From NCBI RefSeq assembly GCF_000039765.1, contig NC_004459.3, positions 1,200,001 through 1,232,000 of the forward strand: a stretch of DNA of 32,000 nucleotides, written 5' to 3'. Under the pieces are notes generated by a model. That model was not told the origin of the DNA and ran no database searches. It worked only from the letters and a program-made list of their open reading frames with translations. Made by a program: the position numbers and the translations under genes. Positions 1 through 10,565 of the stretch are shown here, piece after piece. Each line of letters starts with the position of its first letter. Position 1 is the first letter of the stretch. Source of the stretch: Vibrio vulnificus CMCP6. GTDB taxonomy: Bacteria; Pseudomonadota; Gammaproteobacteria; Enterobacterales; Vibrionaceae.

Positions 1-204
1 CAAGGCAATATGGATCCATCGATGCTCTACGCATCTCACGATCGCATTCGTGAAGAAGTGGCCTCTATCCTAGAAGGATTTGGCCATGGTGGTACTGGAC
101 ACGTGTTCAACTTGGGTCACGGTATCCATCTTGACGTTCCACCAGAAAACGCAGGTGTCTTTGTTGAGGCGGTTCACGAGCTTTCTAAGCCATACCACCA
201 ATAA
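1..204 (+). CDS. hemE: Uroporphyrinogen decarboxylase, C-terminal part (5' truncated by window)
   Basis: Frame is open from base 1 ([14 protein letters not shown]...). The C-terminus [35 protein letters not shown] is characteristic of HemE. Confidence 0.95.
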   Translation, partial: QGNMDPSMLYASHDRIREEVASILEGFGHGGTGHVFNLGHGIHLDVPPENAGVFVEAVHELSKPYHQ

Positions 205-226
205 AAAGCACTCTCTGTTAGCCATT

Positions 227-253
227 AAAAACCAGCTTCGGCTGGTTTTTTGT
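227..253 (+). terminator. Rho-independent terminator after hemE
   Basis: Inverted repeat AAAAACCAGC-TTCG-GCTGGTTTTTT followed by a T-rich tract. Confidence 0.85.
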
Positions 254-319
254 TTGTCGGTTCTACCTCAGCGGTGTACAGCGAAAGGTGCTTTTGGGTT
301 GCCATGATCTCAATGCTTT

Positions 320-913
320 TTAGATCTCAACCTTGCTCGGGGAAAGTAGCTGATGCACTTGTTGGCGAAGGTAGGGCACGGTTTGTTCTTCAAACCAAGG
401 ATTCTTTCTCAACCACAGTGTATTTCTTGGCGAGGGATGAGGAAGTGGCAGGTAATCGGGTAGCCAAGCTTGCCAATTTTGTACCGTTTCAGTCAGTGTT
501 TTTGGTTTGTTCGACAGATAACGGTTTTGTGCATATTGACCAATCAACAGTGTCAGTTCGATATTGGGTAAGTGTTTCAGTAAGGCCTCATGCCACAGTG
601 GTGCGCACTCTTTTCGTGGCGGAAGATCGCCAGATTGCCCTCGTCCGGGATAGCAAAATCCCATCGGCATGATGGCGATCTGTTTTGGGTCATAAAAAGT
701 CGGCTTTTCAATGTCTAACCACACTCTTAAGCGATTACCACTGGCATCATTCCACGGAATGGAAGTGTGGTGGACTTTGGTGCCTGGCGCTTGTCCGATG
801 ATCAAAATTTTCGCCTCTGAGTGAGCTTGAACCACAGGGTTAGCACCTAGCGGCAAGGCGGAGGCACACACTTGGCAAGCCCGGATTTGAGTTAACAGCG
901 GCTCAAGTGGCAT
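320..913 (-). CDS. Uracil-DNA glycosylase superfamily protein (family 4-like, probable 4Fe-4S)
   Basis: 197 aa; motifs IIGQAPG and HPSPRN; cysteines at 13, 16, 87 and 103. Confidence 0.8.
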   Translation of the reverse strand: MPLEPLLTQIRACQVCASALPLGANPVVQAHSEAKILIIGQAPGTKVHHTSIPWNDASGNRLRVWLDIEKPTFYDPKQIAIMPMGFCYPGRGQSGDLPPRKECAPLWHEALLKHLPNIELTLLIGQYAQNRYLSNKPKTLTETVQNWQAWLPDYLPLPHPSPRNTLWLRKNPWFEEQTVPYLRQQVHQLLSPSKVEI

Positions 914-916
914 GCA

Positions 917-1843
917 TCAATACCCTTTGGTGAAGCTGACTTGATGGTTGAGCGGGTACCCTTCAAGCCAACGATGGTAATTTTCTGCAAACAGCGCCAT
1001 CACTTTCTCAGGAAAGCTCAGCGCGGCAATATGCGGCGTGATAGTGATTTGTTTGAGCCCCCAAAATGGATGATCCGTGACGAGGGGTTCTTGTTCAAAT
1101 ACATCTAAGAACGCATGTTCAACCCAGTGATTTTTAATCGCCAAAAGTAGTGCCGCATTGTCAATAACGTCCCCACGTCCAACATTAAATAATAGAGCAT
1201 GACGACAGTGACTTAGGCTCGCTTGGTTCAACAAGTGGTGAGTGTGTTTTGTGCTAGGCAGAGTGTTGACTACGATGTGCGCTTGCTTCAAGGCCGCTGC
1301 CAGCTCATTGATGTGATAGGTTTGCTGAAAATGGCTACCGTTTGGCGGAATGCCTGTGCGATTGACGCCAATGGTGTGTAACCCCATCGCCGAGCAGGCA
1401 TGCGCAAGATGATTACCTATGCTCCCAGTGCCTAAGATGGTGATCGTTTTGCCCTCTAGGGAAGAGTAGGGATGCGGTTGCCAGAGACGTTGCTGTTGCT
1501 GCTCCGCATAGCGGGCCAAGTGGCGATAGTGTTGAATGGCGTAGCCGATGACGTATTCCGCAATCAAGGGGCCAAAAATCCCACGGACATTGGTTAGCTT
1601 GTAATCTCGTCGTAACTCAGGTTGCATGAGCGCGTTCACGCCAGCGTAAGTCGATTGTAGCCATTCGAGCTGATGGCACTCAGACAAGCGTGGGGCAATG
1701 TGAGGTGGCGCCGCGAGGATGATATTGGCTTGCTCGATGTCCTCAGTGAGTGCTAAATCGGGTAACGCGTGATCAGCAAGCAGTTGGCGATAGGTCTCGT
1801 TGTCTTCGGTAACAATGAAAATCTTGTGTTTTGACTGATGCAT
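917..1843 (-). CDS. D-2-hydroxyacid dehydrogenase family protein
   Basis: 308 aa with NAD-binding motif ITILGTGSIGNHLA, NVGRGDVID and HPFWGLKQITITPHIAA. Confidence 0.88.
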   Translation of the reverse strand: MHQSKHKIFIVTEDNETYRQLLADHALPDLALTEDIEQANIILAAPPHIAPRLSECHQLEWLQSTYAGVNALMQPELRRDYKLTNVRGIFGPLIAEYVIGYAIQHYRHLARYAEQQQQRLWQPHPYSSLEGKTITILGTGSIGNHLAHACSAMGLHTIGVNRTGIPPNGSHFQQTYHINELAAALKQAHIVVNTLPSTKHTHHLLNQASLSHCRHALLFNVGRGDVIDNAALLLAIKNHWVEHAFLDVFEQEPLVTDHPFWGLKQITITPHIAALSFPEKVMALFAENYHRWLEGYPLNHQVSFTKGY

Positions 1844-1903
1844 TAACTTTTTTCCCTGTGGCGAATCAAGTACACTTCCGCTGTCTTTTTCCGCAATGAT
1901 TGA

Positions 1904-2500
1904 GTGATTATGCTACAGAATCCCCTACAGGTCCGTTTAGAAAAACTGGAACCTTGGCAACAAATAACCTTCATGACGTGTTTGTGTGAACGTATGTACC
2001 CGAACTACGCCATGTTTTGTGATAGCACTGGTTTCGCGGAACCAAGAGGTTATCGCAACATTTTAGACAGTGTATGGGAAATTCTCACGGTGAAAAACGC
2101 TAAGGTGAATTTTGAGCGTCAACTTGAGAAGTTGGAAGAGATCTTCCCTAGCGCGGAAGAGTTCGATCTTTATGCGGTTTATCCGGCCATGGATGCGTGT
2201 CAATCTCTCTCCACCTTATTGCACGGTTTGCTTGATCGCGACTATCTGTTCGACTCTATGATTAAGATCAGTCAGCAGTCGGTGCAAACGGTGGTGGATT
2301 TAGAGCAAGCTCAAGGCAGTGAAGCGATCACCAATGAAAACCAGAAAGCGAACGAAGCGGTTTGTGCTGAATGGGATGTGCAGTGGGCGATTTTCCGTCC
2401 TTTACGTGAAGCACAAGAGCGTGATATCGACTTGATTAAAGATTTACGCCAAGAGTTGAGAGATGATCCGATCAGCAACTTGGGCATCACTCTGTCGTAA
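1904..2500 (+). CDS. YjaG family (DUF416) protein
   Basis: 198 aa; MLQNPLQVRLEKLEPWQQITFMTCLCERMYPNY resembles YjaG. It lies between hemE and hupA as in other gammaproteobacteria. The true start may be the second or third Met. Confidence 0.85.
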   Translation: MIMLQNPLQVRLEKLEPWQQITFMTCLCERMYPNYAMFCDSTGFAEPRGYRNILDSVWEILTVKNAKVNFERQLEKLEEIFPSAEEFDLYAVYPAMDACQSLSTLLHGLLDRDYLFDSMIKISQQSVQTVVDLEQAQGSEAITNENQKANEAVCAEWDVQWAIFRPLREAQERDIDLIKDLRQELRDDPISNLGITLS

Positions 2501-2509
2501 TGATAAACA

Positions 2510-2533
2510 AAAGGCTCCAATGGAGCCTTTTGT
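2510..2533. terminator. Terminator hairpin between convergent genes
   Basis: AAAAGGCTCCA-ATGGAGCCTTTT inverted repeat with a T-rich flank. Confidence 0.8.
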
Positions 2534-2553
2534 TGTTTTGACACTTGAGTAAG

Positions 2554-3642
2554 CTACGACTTCGTTTTGTCGTTACTTCCTTCATCTTCATCGTCGTCGC
2601 GGCTTTCAATCATACCATGCTTGTTTTTCCAGCGTTCCCAACGTTGGTAAGCCAGTTCTTGCATGTCTTGGCTCTTGTCAGCTTCGTCGATGATCTCTTC
2701 CCCGAGTAGATATTCAAAAATATCTTCTAAGGTGACGAGGCCGAGCACGGTGCCATACTCGTCAACCACGATAGAAAGTTGCAAGCGTTTTGCCATCATT
2801 TGATCAAACGCTTTAGGCAAAGCAAGCGTGTTCATGATGACGTGAATAGGGCGCATCACGGAACCCAGTTGTTTCTCTCCTGCCCCAGATTGCTGCAGTT
2901 TGAATAGCTCTAAGCGGTGGACAAAACCAATGATGTTGTCTTTCTGCTCGCTGTAAACCAGTGGGCGTGAGAAAGGCGTTTCCTTGTGTTGTGCCAAAAA
3001 TTCGTTGATGGTCATGGTTGCTTCAACGCGAAAGACCACGGGTCGAGGCGTCATCACCTGTGTTACTGGCACATCTTGAATGCCGAGCAAGTTACTCAGA
3101 ATTTTAGACTCACCCTCGGCAAACTCGCCGCTTTCACGCGCCAAAATCGCCATGGCTGACAGCTCATCGCGCATTTTTGGGGTTTCTTGATTGCGAGCAA
3201 GACGCTTGGTGATTTGCTCAGAGAACCAGACAAAGGGTGTTAGGGCCCAGACCATCCAACGCAAGGTGCTGGCGGCTGAAGGCGCCAGTTGTCGCCAGTA
3301 AGTGGCTCCAATGGTTTTAGGGACGATTTCCGAAAGCACAAGAATACCGAGCGTTAGGACACCAGAGAATACCCCCAACCATTCGCTGCCGAAAACCACT
3401 GCCGCTTGCGCACCCGCTGTCGCAGCACCAATGGTGTGAGCGATGGTGTTCAGCGTCAGGATGGAAGCCAGTGGGCGATCGATATCCGCTTTGAGTTTCG
3501 TCAGTTGTGCCGCAGCTGGGTGCCCTTGTTGTCTGAGCTGGGCGATGTAACTCGGACTGATGCTGAGCAAGACGGCTTCTAGCACCGAACAAATAAAGGA
3601 AACACCAATAGCAATCGAAATATAGATAGTAAGCAGTAGCAT
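2554..3642 (-). CDS. CNNM/CorC-HlyC-type transporter (DUF21 transmembrane domain plus CBS pair)
   Basis: 362 aa; N-terminal hydrophobic DUF21-like domain (SEIVPKTIGATYW), then CBS region VTQVMTPRPVV...VDEYGTVLGLVTLEDIFEYLLGEEIIDE. Confidence 0.88.
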   Translation of the reverse strand: MLLLTIYISIAIGVSFICSVLEAVLLSISPSYIAQLRQQGHPAAAQLTKLKADIDRPLASILTLNTIAHTIGAATAGAQAAVVFGSEWLGVFSGVLTLGILVLSEIVPKTIGATYWRQLAPSAASTLRWMVWALTPFVWFSEQITKRLARNQETPKMRDELSAMAILARESGEFAEGESKILSNLLGIQDVPVTQVMTPRPVVFRVEATMTINEFLAQHKETPFSRPLVYSEQKDNIIGFVHRLELFKLQQSGAGEKQLGSVMRPIHVIMNTLALPKAFDQMMAKRLQLSIVVDEYGTVLGLVTLEDIFEYLLGEEIIDEADKSQDMQELAYQRWERWKNKHGMIESRDDDEDEGSNDKTKS

Positions 3643-3906
3643 AGTTGCCCTTGAAGAAATCCCTCAATCACATCTGCCGTGAGGTAAATCGTATTATAGG
3701 AGTATGGCAGCCCCTTATAAATAGGTGCTTTGAGGCTGAAATCCAAGAGCTTTATGTGGTTATTCGGTAACAATTTGTGAGTTATTACTCAGAAAACGGT
3801 TAAAAGTAAGGCATTGAAGCGAAAGAATGACGACAAACCTTTGCCAGACGGGGGCTTTATGCTTTAGAGTGAAATGAATTCGATAACCTATGAGAAGGGA
3901 AACCTA

Positions 3907-4179
3907 ATGAACAAGACCCAATTAATCGACTTTATCGCAGAGAAAGCAGACCTATCTAAAGCACAAGCGAAAGCTGCTCTTGAAGCTACTCTTAACGGTG
4001 TGACTGACGCACTAAAAGAGGGTGACCAGGTTCAACTAATTGGTTTTGGTACATTCAAAGTAAACCACCGCGCAGCACGTACTGGCCGTAACCCTAAAAC
4101 GGGTGATGAGATCCAAATCGCTGCAGCAAACGTTCCTGCATTCGTAGCAGGTAAAGCACTGAAAGAATCAGTAAACTAA
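3907..4179 (+). CDS. hupA: DNA-binding protein HU-alpha
   Basis: 90 aa [32 protein letters not shown]...[20 protein letters not shown]...; canonical HU. The annotated start is the internal ATG at 3907, not 3874. Confidence 0.97.
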   Translation: MNKTQLIDFIAEKADLSKAQAKAALEATLNGVTDALKEGDQVQLIGFGTFKVNHRAARTGRNPKTGDEIQIAAANVPAFVAGKALKESVN

Positions 4180-4185
4180 TTGCTC

Positions 4186-4217
4186 TGCACCGGAGATTCT
4201 CTCCGGTGCCTTTTTTA
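4186..4217 (+). terminator. Rho-independent terminator after hupA
   Basis: GCACCGGAGA-TTC-TCTCCGGTGC followed by TTTTTT. Confidence 0.92.
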
Positions 4218-4231
4218 AATTGCCTGACATC

Positions 4232-4924
4232 ATGAAAAAACGACTGCTCTCCCTGACTGCCCTCCTAATCCTTGCTGGTTGTTCTTCAGCACCAAGACCA
4301 AACCTGGAACAATTCACTCATTTCTCTGGTGGCCAGACGATGGGCGATGCGACGAGTTTCTATTGGGTGACGGACAAACTGACAGGGCCGCATAAAGCGT
4401 CGGACTATGTTTTTTCTGGTGATTACGGTTGGTATCAAAGCGAATATCGCTGGGATGAAGGCGCATTACGAGAGTTGATTCGAGAAGGTGAGCAGCTTGA
4501 TAGCAAGTTAGGCTTAGTACCTTATCGAATCCACGTTCGATTTAATGTTGAAGGGGATGCGGTTTATCAGCAGTATCGCCTTAACGGGAAAGTTCTCCCT
4601 ATCCAAAAAGAACAGTTGCAGCGCTACCAATACGAAGCGGATGCATTGGTTAAAGAGACCAAGCAGCAAGCGCGCGAGGGCTTGGAGTTGGTCCAAGGGT
4701 ATTGGGATGGGGAAACGTTTGAAACCTGTAGTGGAGAGGAATATTCGAAACTTGAGTTTAATCAGACCCTCCCAGGATTTGTGGTTAACCGCTTGGCCAG
4801 TGTCGACAGCTATGTGGCGTTTTTAGGCAAAAAATCTTCACGTCGTTTGGAAGTAGAAACGTTACTGTTATTAGATGAAGACGATCGAGACTGCGTGGAA
4901 AAGCCCGTGTTGCTTGAAGAGTAA
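4232..4924 (+). CDS. DUF1481/YjaH-like lipoprotein
   Basis: Starts MKKRLLSLTALLILAGCSS, a lipoprotein signal with an LAGC lipobox. Its position after hupA matches yjaH. The ORF track start at 4220 is four codons longer. Confidence 0.78.
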   Translation: MKKRLLSLTALLILAGCSSAPRPNLEQFTHFSGGQTMGDATSFYWVTDKLTGPHKASDYVFSGDYGWYQSEYRWDEGALRELIREGEQLDSKLGLVPYRIHVRFNVEGDAVYQQYRLNGKVLPIQKEQLQRYQYEADALVKETKQQAREGLELVQGYWDGETFETCSGEEYSKLEFNQTLPGFVVNRLASVDSYVAFLGKKSSRRLEVETLLLLDEDDRDCVEKPVLLEE

Positions 4925-4951
4925 GACTTACTCCGTTAGACGAATGAAAAG

Positions 4952-4979
4952 ACAAAAGGCGCAAAATGCGCCTTTTGTT
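4952..4979. terminator. Bidirectional terminator between the DUF1481 gene and purD
   Basis: ACAAAAGGCGC-AAAAT-GCGCCTTTTGTTT between convergent genes. Confidence 0.88.
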
Positions 4980-5002
4980 TTCTTTGCCAACTGATGTTGT
5001 TG

Positions 5003-6292
5003 TTATTTTTGTTGCTCGCGAGCGATAGCACGGTAGCCAATATCGTTGCGGTGGAACATGCCTTCCCAACGGATCTGTTTTGCCAGCTCGTACGCGCGTT
5101 GCTGCGCTTCTGATACGCTGTTGCCCAGTGCGGTGGCACAAAGAACACGACCACCGTTTGTTACGATATCGCCCTCTTTATTTTCAGTGCCAGCGTGGAA
5201 GACTTTTTCGCCTTCAATTTCAACTTGAGGTAGGCCAGAGATCACGTCGCCCTTGTTGTACGCCGCTGGATAGCCACCCGCTGCAAGCACAATACCGATC
5301 GATGCGCGAGGGTCCCACTTGGACTCGACTTGATCCAGTTTCTTGTCGATGGCCGCGAGGCACAATTCCACAAGATCCGATTCCATGCGCATCATGATAG
5401 GTTGCGTTTCTGGGTCACCAAAGCGGCAGTTGTACTCGATCACTTTTGGTGTGCCATCTTTGTCAATCATCAAGCCGGCATAGAGGAAGCCCGTGTATGG
5501 GTTACCTTCGGCTGCCATGCCACGCACGGTAGGGAAGATCACCTCTTGCATAACACGGTTATGGATCTCTGGTGTCACCACTGGTGCGGGTGAGTAAGCG
5601 CCCATACCGCCGGTGTTTGGACCGGTGTCTTTATCGCCGACACGCTTGTGGTCTTGGCTGGTGGCCATTGGCAGTACGTTTTCGCCATCCACCATCACGA
5701 TGAAGCTCGCTTCTTCGCCATCAAGGAACTCTTCGATCACCACGCGGCTGCCTGCCTCGCCAAAGGCGTTGCCTGCGAGCATGTCTTTGATTGCTTCTTC
5801 CGCTTCTTCCAGCGTCATCGCGACAATCACGCCTTTACCTGCCGCAAGGCCATCTGCTTTCACCACGATTGGCGCGCCTTGTTCACGTACATAGGCCAGT
5901 GCTGGCTCGATGTCCGTAAAGTTTGCGTACGCCGCCGTCGGGATTTGGTGACGAGCAAGGAAGTCTTTGGTAAATGCTTTAGAGCCTTCAAGTTGCGCAG
6001 CCGCTTGGGTAGGGCCAAAAATTGGCAGGCCTGCTTCATAAAACGCATCAACGACACCCAGTACGAGTGGCACTTCAGGACCGACGATGGTCAGTTCAAT
6101 GGCTTTCTCTTTAGCAAACGCCACTAAACCGGCAATGTCTTCAACGGCGATGTTGACGTTTTCTAGCTTAGGCTCAAGTGCGGTACCAGCGTTACCCGGC
6201 GCGACGAAGATTGTCTCCACATTGGGGTTTTGCGCGGCTTTCCAACCTAGAGCGTGTTCACGACCGCCGGAACCAATTATCAATACATTCAT
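5003..6292 (-). CDS. purD: Phosphoribosylamine--glycine ligase
   Basis: MNVLIIGSGGREHALGWK...; full-length GARS. The ORF's 15-aa N-terminal extension to 6337 is not expected in PurD. Confidence 0.96.
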   Translation of the reverse strand: MNVLIIGSGGREHALGWKAAQNPNVETIFVAPGNAGTALEPKLENVNIAVEDIAGLVAFAKEKAIELTIVGPEVPLVLGVVDAFYEAGLPIFGPTQAAAQLEGSKAFTKDFLARHQIPTAAYANFTDIEPALAYVREQGAPIVVKADGLAAGKGVIVAMTLEEAEEAIKDMLAGNAFGEAGSRVVIEEFLDGEEASFIVMVDGENVLPMATSQDHKRVGDKDTGPNTGGMGAYSPAPVVTPEIHNRVMQEVIFPTVRGMAAEGNPYTGFLYAGLMIDKDGTPKVIEYNCRFGDPETQPIMMRMESDLVELCLAAIDKKLDQVESKWDPRASIGIVLAAGGYPAAYNKGDVISGLPQVEIEGEKVFHAGTENKEGDIVTNGGRVLCATALGNSVSEAQQRAYELAKQIRWEGMFHRNDIGYRAIAREQQK

Positions 6293-6349
6293 CTCATCAT
6301 CCTCAAATCTTGCAAAAAGAGGTGCCTGATAAGGCACCTCTGATAAAAA

Positions 6350-7942
6350 CTAGTGGCGGAAGTGGCGCATGCCCGTAAAAATCATCGCCATACCGTGTTC
6401 ATCTGCGGCGGCAATCACTTCGTCATCACGCATCGAACCACCAGGCTGAATTACACATTTAATGCCAGCTTCTGCTGCTGCATCAATACCGTCACGGAAT
6501 GGGAAGAAGGCATCAGAGGCCATGACGCAACCCTCAACTTGTAGGCCTTCGTCTGCCGCTTTAATGCCAGCAATCTTCGCTGAGTAGACGCGGCTCATTT
6601 GGCCAGCGCCCACACCAATAGTCATATCGCCTTTAGAGTAAACAATCGCGTTCGATTTTACGTACTTCGCCACTTTCCAGCAGAATAACGCGTCTTTGAG
6701 TTCTTCTTCCGTTGGCTGGCGCTTAGACACGACTTTAAGGTCATCTAGGCTGACCATGCCTTGGTCGCGATCTTGAACCAGTAGGCCGCCGTTCACGCGT
6801 TTCACGTCAAAGCCCGTTGTCTTCGTTGTCCACTCGCCACACTCAAGCAGACGAACGTTTTTCTTCGCTGCCACCACTTCCATCGCTTCAGCCGATACCG
6901 AAGGGGCAATGATGACTTCAACAAATTGGCGCTCAACAATAGCGGTGGCCGTTTCTGCGTCTAGCTCTTGGTTGAAGGCGATGATGCCGCCAAATGCGGA
7001 TGTCGGATCGGTTTGGTAAGCGCGGTTGTACGCCTCTAGGATGTCTTTACCTAGCGCTACGCCACATGGGTTAGCGTGCTTAACAATGACACAAGCTGGC
7101 TCATTAAACTCTTTCACACACTCAAGCGCTGCGTCCGTGTCTGCGATGTTGTTGTAAGAAAGGGCTTTGCCTTGGATTTGGCGAGCGGTAGCAACCGATG
7201 CTTCTTGTGGGTTGGCTTCAACATAGAAAGCGGCTGCTTGGTGGCTGTTCTCACCGTAGCGCATGTCTTGTTTTTTGATGAACTGCTGGTTGAAAGTGCG
7301 CGGGAATTTGCTCTCTTCATCACCTTCTTTGTTCTCTCCGTATGAAGGAACCATAGTGCCGAAGTAGTTCGCGATCATGCCGTCGTAAGCAGCGGTGTGT
7401 TCAAAGGCTGCGATAGCGAGGTCGAAACGCGTTTCTAGAGTAAGCGACGTGTCGTTGGCGTCCATTTCTGTGATGACGCGATGGTAGTCTGAAGCGTTGA
7501 CAACGATAGTCACGTCTTTATGGTTTTTCGCCGCAGAGCGAACCATGGTTGGGCCACCGATGTCGATGTTTTCAACCGCGTCAGCCAGTGTGCAGCCTTC
7601 TTTAGCGACAGTTTCTGCGAATGGGTAGAGGTTAACCACCACCATGTCGATCGGGTTAATGCCGTGTTTTGCCATGACCTCATCGTCTTGGCCACGACGA
7701 CCGAGCACACCACCGTGAACTTTCGGGTGAAGCGTTTTAACGCGACCGTCCATCATTTCTGGGAAACCAGTGTAGTCAGAGACTTCAGTGACTGCGATGC
7801 CTTGCTCTGCAAGTAAACGAGCAGTACCGCCAGTCGATAAGATATCGACACCGCGCTCAGCAAGAGCTTGCGCAAACTCAACAATACCGGTTTTGTCTGA
7901 TACGCTGATAAGCGCACGGCGAATAGGACGAGCGTTGTTCAT
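6350..7942 (-). CDS. purH: Bifunctional AICAR formyltransferase/IMP cyclohydrolase
   Basis: 530 aa; [20 protein letters not shown]...GGTARLL...FRHGENSHQ-type motif ([12 protein letters not shown]); ends [12 protein letters not shown]. Confidence 0.97.
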
Positions 7943-8127
7943 GCTTCCAATTTCCTCAAATTCACGGAGTTAAACTAAAGATATTTGCCAAAAATGAACT
8001 TGTTTTTACCTCTTGGGGTAAAATATTGGCCAGTTTTGGAAAAGACCTTTGTCTCGCTTTTCTGGTAAGAAGACAGTCTCCCTCATTTGATGGCGCGTAT
8101 TCTAACCAATTTATTACATAAAAGCTC

Positions 8128-8143
8128 GCGCAATCGTTTGGCA
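8128..8143. promoter_or_regulatory. Candidate PurR operator upstream of purHD
   Basis: GCGCAATCGTTTGGCA matches 11 of 16 positions of the PurR consensus ACGCAAACGTTTGCGT, in the purH/zntR divergent intergenic region. Confidence 0.4.
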
Positions 8144-8212
8144 TCTCAAAAATAATTGCAAAAAACTCGAACTTTAAGAGAAAAAGTAACGAGATAGTTA
8201 ATAAGGAAAGTT

Positions 8213-8611
8213 ATGTTTCAGATAGGTGAATTGGCGAAACGTTGTGGTGTGAGCGCGGATACGCTGCGTTTTTATGAAAAAAATGCCCTGATCAAGCCAG
8301 CTGGTCGCAGTGAATCCGGTTACCGTCTTTACAATTACGAAAACCAGAAGCAGGTGGGGTTCATTCTAAAAGCCAAAGAACTCGGTTTGAGTTTGGAAGA
8401 GATCAAAGAGCTGCTGGAGATCAAACTCGAAGCAACAGAACACAGTTGCGCCGAGGTGAAAGCGATCACTTCTGCTAAGTTGGCACTCATCGATGAGAAA
8501 ATTGCCGAATTAAACAAAATTCGTCGGGCACTGAAAAAAATTAACGACGCGTGCTGTGGCCATGTGGAAGACAATGCCAGCCACTGTTCCATTCTTGCTG
8601 CTTTAGAATAA
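8213..8611 (+). CDS. zntR: Zn(II)-responsive MerR-family transcriptional regulator
   Basis: 132 aa; MFQIGELAKRCGVSADTLRFYEKNALIKP..., with a C-terminal CCGH...HCSIL metal-binding tail typical of ZntR. Confidence 0.9.
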   Translation: MFQIGELAKRCGVSADTLRFYEKNALIKPAGRSESGYRLYNYENQKQVGFILKAKELGLSLEEIKELLEIKLEATEHSCAEVKAITSAKLALIDEKIAELNKIRRALKKINDACCGHVEDNASHCSILAALE

Positions 8612-8670
8612 CAGACGGCTTAGGCCATTAATGACCTAAGCCGATCGTAAGTTTGCTCATTCTATTGGCG

Positions 8671-10320
8671 TTACACCTTGAACGCAGCAAAGTTGACTTG
8701 CAATTGGTTACCGCTAGCCATCAACTGCTCGCTCGCTGCAGCGACTTGATTGGCTTGTGCTGCCGTTTGTTCACTGTGATCGACAATTTGCAGCAGATTG
8801 TGGTTAATGAGCTCAGTGGCCGATGTTTGCTCTCCGCTGGCAAGAGCAATGTGCTGGTTGAGCTGCAGAATCACAGCAATTTGCGCATCGATATCACTTA
8901 GGGCTTGCTGTGCCAAGCTGGCTTGTTGTTGGGTTTCGGTGGATTGACGCTGTGTTTGTTCCATCGATAAACAGACATCGTTGGCGCGTTGTTGCAACTG
9001 CGCGATGATGTGTTGAATTTCATCGGTACTGCTGCTGGTGCGCGTAGCCAATGTGCGTACTTCGTCAGCGACCACTGCAAAGCCACGGCCTTGCTCACCC
9101 GCTCGGGCGGCTTCTATTGCAGCGTTGAGCGCAAGTAAATTGGTTTGCTCGGCCACACCCCGGATAACTTCCAACACTGAGCCTACTTTTTGGGTTTCTT
9201 TGGCTAGCTCTTGCACATTGAGCTCTGTTTGGGTCACGGTGTGTGACAAGGCATGCATGTAGCCAGAGGCTTTTTCAATGATGGCACTGCCTTCTTTGCC
9301 TTTCTCTGCGGCAGTCTGCGCTGCACTGGCTGCCTCTTGAGCCGAATCGGCCACTTGCATATTGCTGTCGTGCAGTTGCTTCATGGCACTGGCAACGGAA
9401 TCGACCGAGTGCTGCTGGGCGGTGGCTTTTTCGAGTGCATTTCTTGCCACTTGGGTCAGCTCAGAGGCAGAGCCGGTGACATCACGTGTGACAGGGGCAA
9501 TGCCTTGTACGATGAGGCGGATCTTGCTGGTGAATTGGTTAAACGCACGGGCGATTTGTGCTAACTCATCTTGGCCGTCGGCAGGCAGTTGCTTGGTCAG
9601 GTCGCCATCTCCTTGTGCAATATCCTCTAAAGCGCGCTGCGTCGCTCTACAAGGCTGGGTAATGCTGTTGCCTATCCAGCCAGCCAGTAACAACATCACT
9701 GCGCCTGTAAGGCTCAACTGGAGAAGGGAGGCGCGAATACGCTGCCACACCAGCGCTTCGACATCATCGATATAAACGCCACTGCCGGTAATCCAACCCC
9801 ACGGCTGGAACATTTGCACATAAGAGACTTTTTCCACATCGACGTCTGAACCCGGCTTTGGCCACATGTAATGGACAAAGCCAGCCCCGGATGTTTTTGC
9901 CACCGAAACCATTTCAACAAACAGCGCCTTGCCAGTCGGATCTTTCACTGCGCTTAAACTCTTGCCGTTCAGTTGCGGTTTCATCGGGTGCATGATCATA
10001 TTGGGCTGATCATCGTTAATCCAAAAGTAATCTTCTTTTTCATAGCGCAGCTGGCTAATGGCCGCCTTGGCTTGCGTTTGCGCCTCTTCGCGAGACAAGC
10101 GCCCGGCTTGTTCTTGCTGATAATAGTGCTGCTGCAAACTCACGGCCGCTTCGACCAAGTGGCGTGTTTTGACCTGCTTGGCTTCCATCAAATCACTTTG
10201 ATAGGCGTAGAGCAGAGCGATAAATGGAAGCAGCAATAGTGATGTAATCACGAAGGTGAGTACATAAAGTCGCTGTTTGATGTTAATGACGCGCAAGCTA
10301 GAACCGACCATACCAATCAC
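8671..10320 (-). CDS. Methyl-accepting chemotaxis protein with Cache sensor domain and HAMP
   Basis: 549 aa; N-terminal [28 protein letters not shown] Cache motif, and signalling hairpin [41 protein letters not shown]. Confidence 0.93.
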   Translation of the reverse strand: MIGMVGSSLRVINIKQRLYVLTFVITSLLLLPFIALLYAYQSDLMEAKQVKTRHLVEAAVSLQQHYYQQEQAGRLSREEAQTQAKAAISQLRYEKEDYFWINDDQPNMIMHPMKPQLNGKSLSAVKDPTGKALFVEMVSVAKTSGAGFVHYMWPKPGSDVDVEKVSYVQMFQPWGWITGSGVYIDDVEALVWQRIRASLLQLSLTGAVMLLLAGWIGNSITQPCRATQRALEDIAQGDGDLTKQLPADGQDELAQIARAFNQFTSKIRLIVQGIAPVTRDVTGSASELTQVARNALEKATAQQHSVDSVASAMKQLHDSNMQVADSAQEAASAAQTAAEKGKEGSAIIEKASGYMHALSHTVTQTELNVQELAKETQKVGSVLEVIRGVAEQTNLLALNAAIEAARAGEQGRGFAVVADEVRTLATRTSSSTDEIQHIIAQLQQRANDVCLSMEQTQRQSTETQQQASLAQQALSDIDAQIAVILQLNQHIALASGEQTSATELINHNLLQIVDHSEQTAAQANQVAAASEQLMASGNQLQVNFAAFKV

Positions 10321-10504
10321 TCCTTGAAGGGTTGGGAAACATTTGTTGATTGTTATTGTTTTTTCAATGTAACAAATTGATAACAGCTTCGTATATGCGA
10401 CGAAAGGCGAGATTTGAAAGTGATGACGGTTTTAAAGCAAAGGTTGGGTAGCGTTACAGGAGAAATGTGCTACTGCGTAGAAAAGAGGGCATAAGAATCG
10501 ATAA

Positions 10505-10545
10505 AAGAAAACCGCCCGCGGGAAACTCCAGCGGGCGGTTTGAAA
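10505..10545 (-). terminator. Terminator of the dusB-fis operon
   Basis: AAACCGCCCGC...GCGGGCGGTTT inverted repeat with a T tract on the minus strand. Confidence 0.88.
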
Positions 10546-10565
10546 GCGATCAAACTAATCAGGGA

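Noticed and set aside
3874-3906. N-terminal extension of hupA ([11 protein letters not shown])
   Set aside because: HU proteins begin at MNKTQLID; the upstream AAGGGAAA segment looks like the ribosome-binding region rather than coding sequence.
6293-6337. N-terminal extension of purD (MPYQAPLFARFEDDE)
   Set aside because: Conserved PurD starts MNVLIIGSGGREHA; the extension has no family support.
6353-7816. Several antisense ORFs of 63-98 aa over purH, and similar ones over acs, accB/C, dusB and prmA
   Set aside because: All lie opposite strongly conserved coding sequences and lack recognisable domains; they are explained by codon bias of the true gene.
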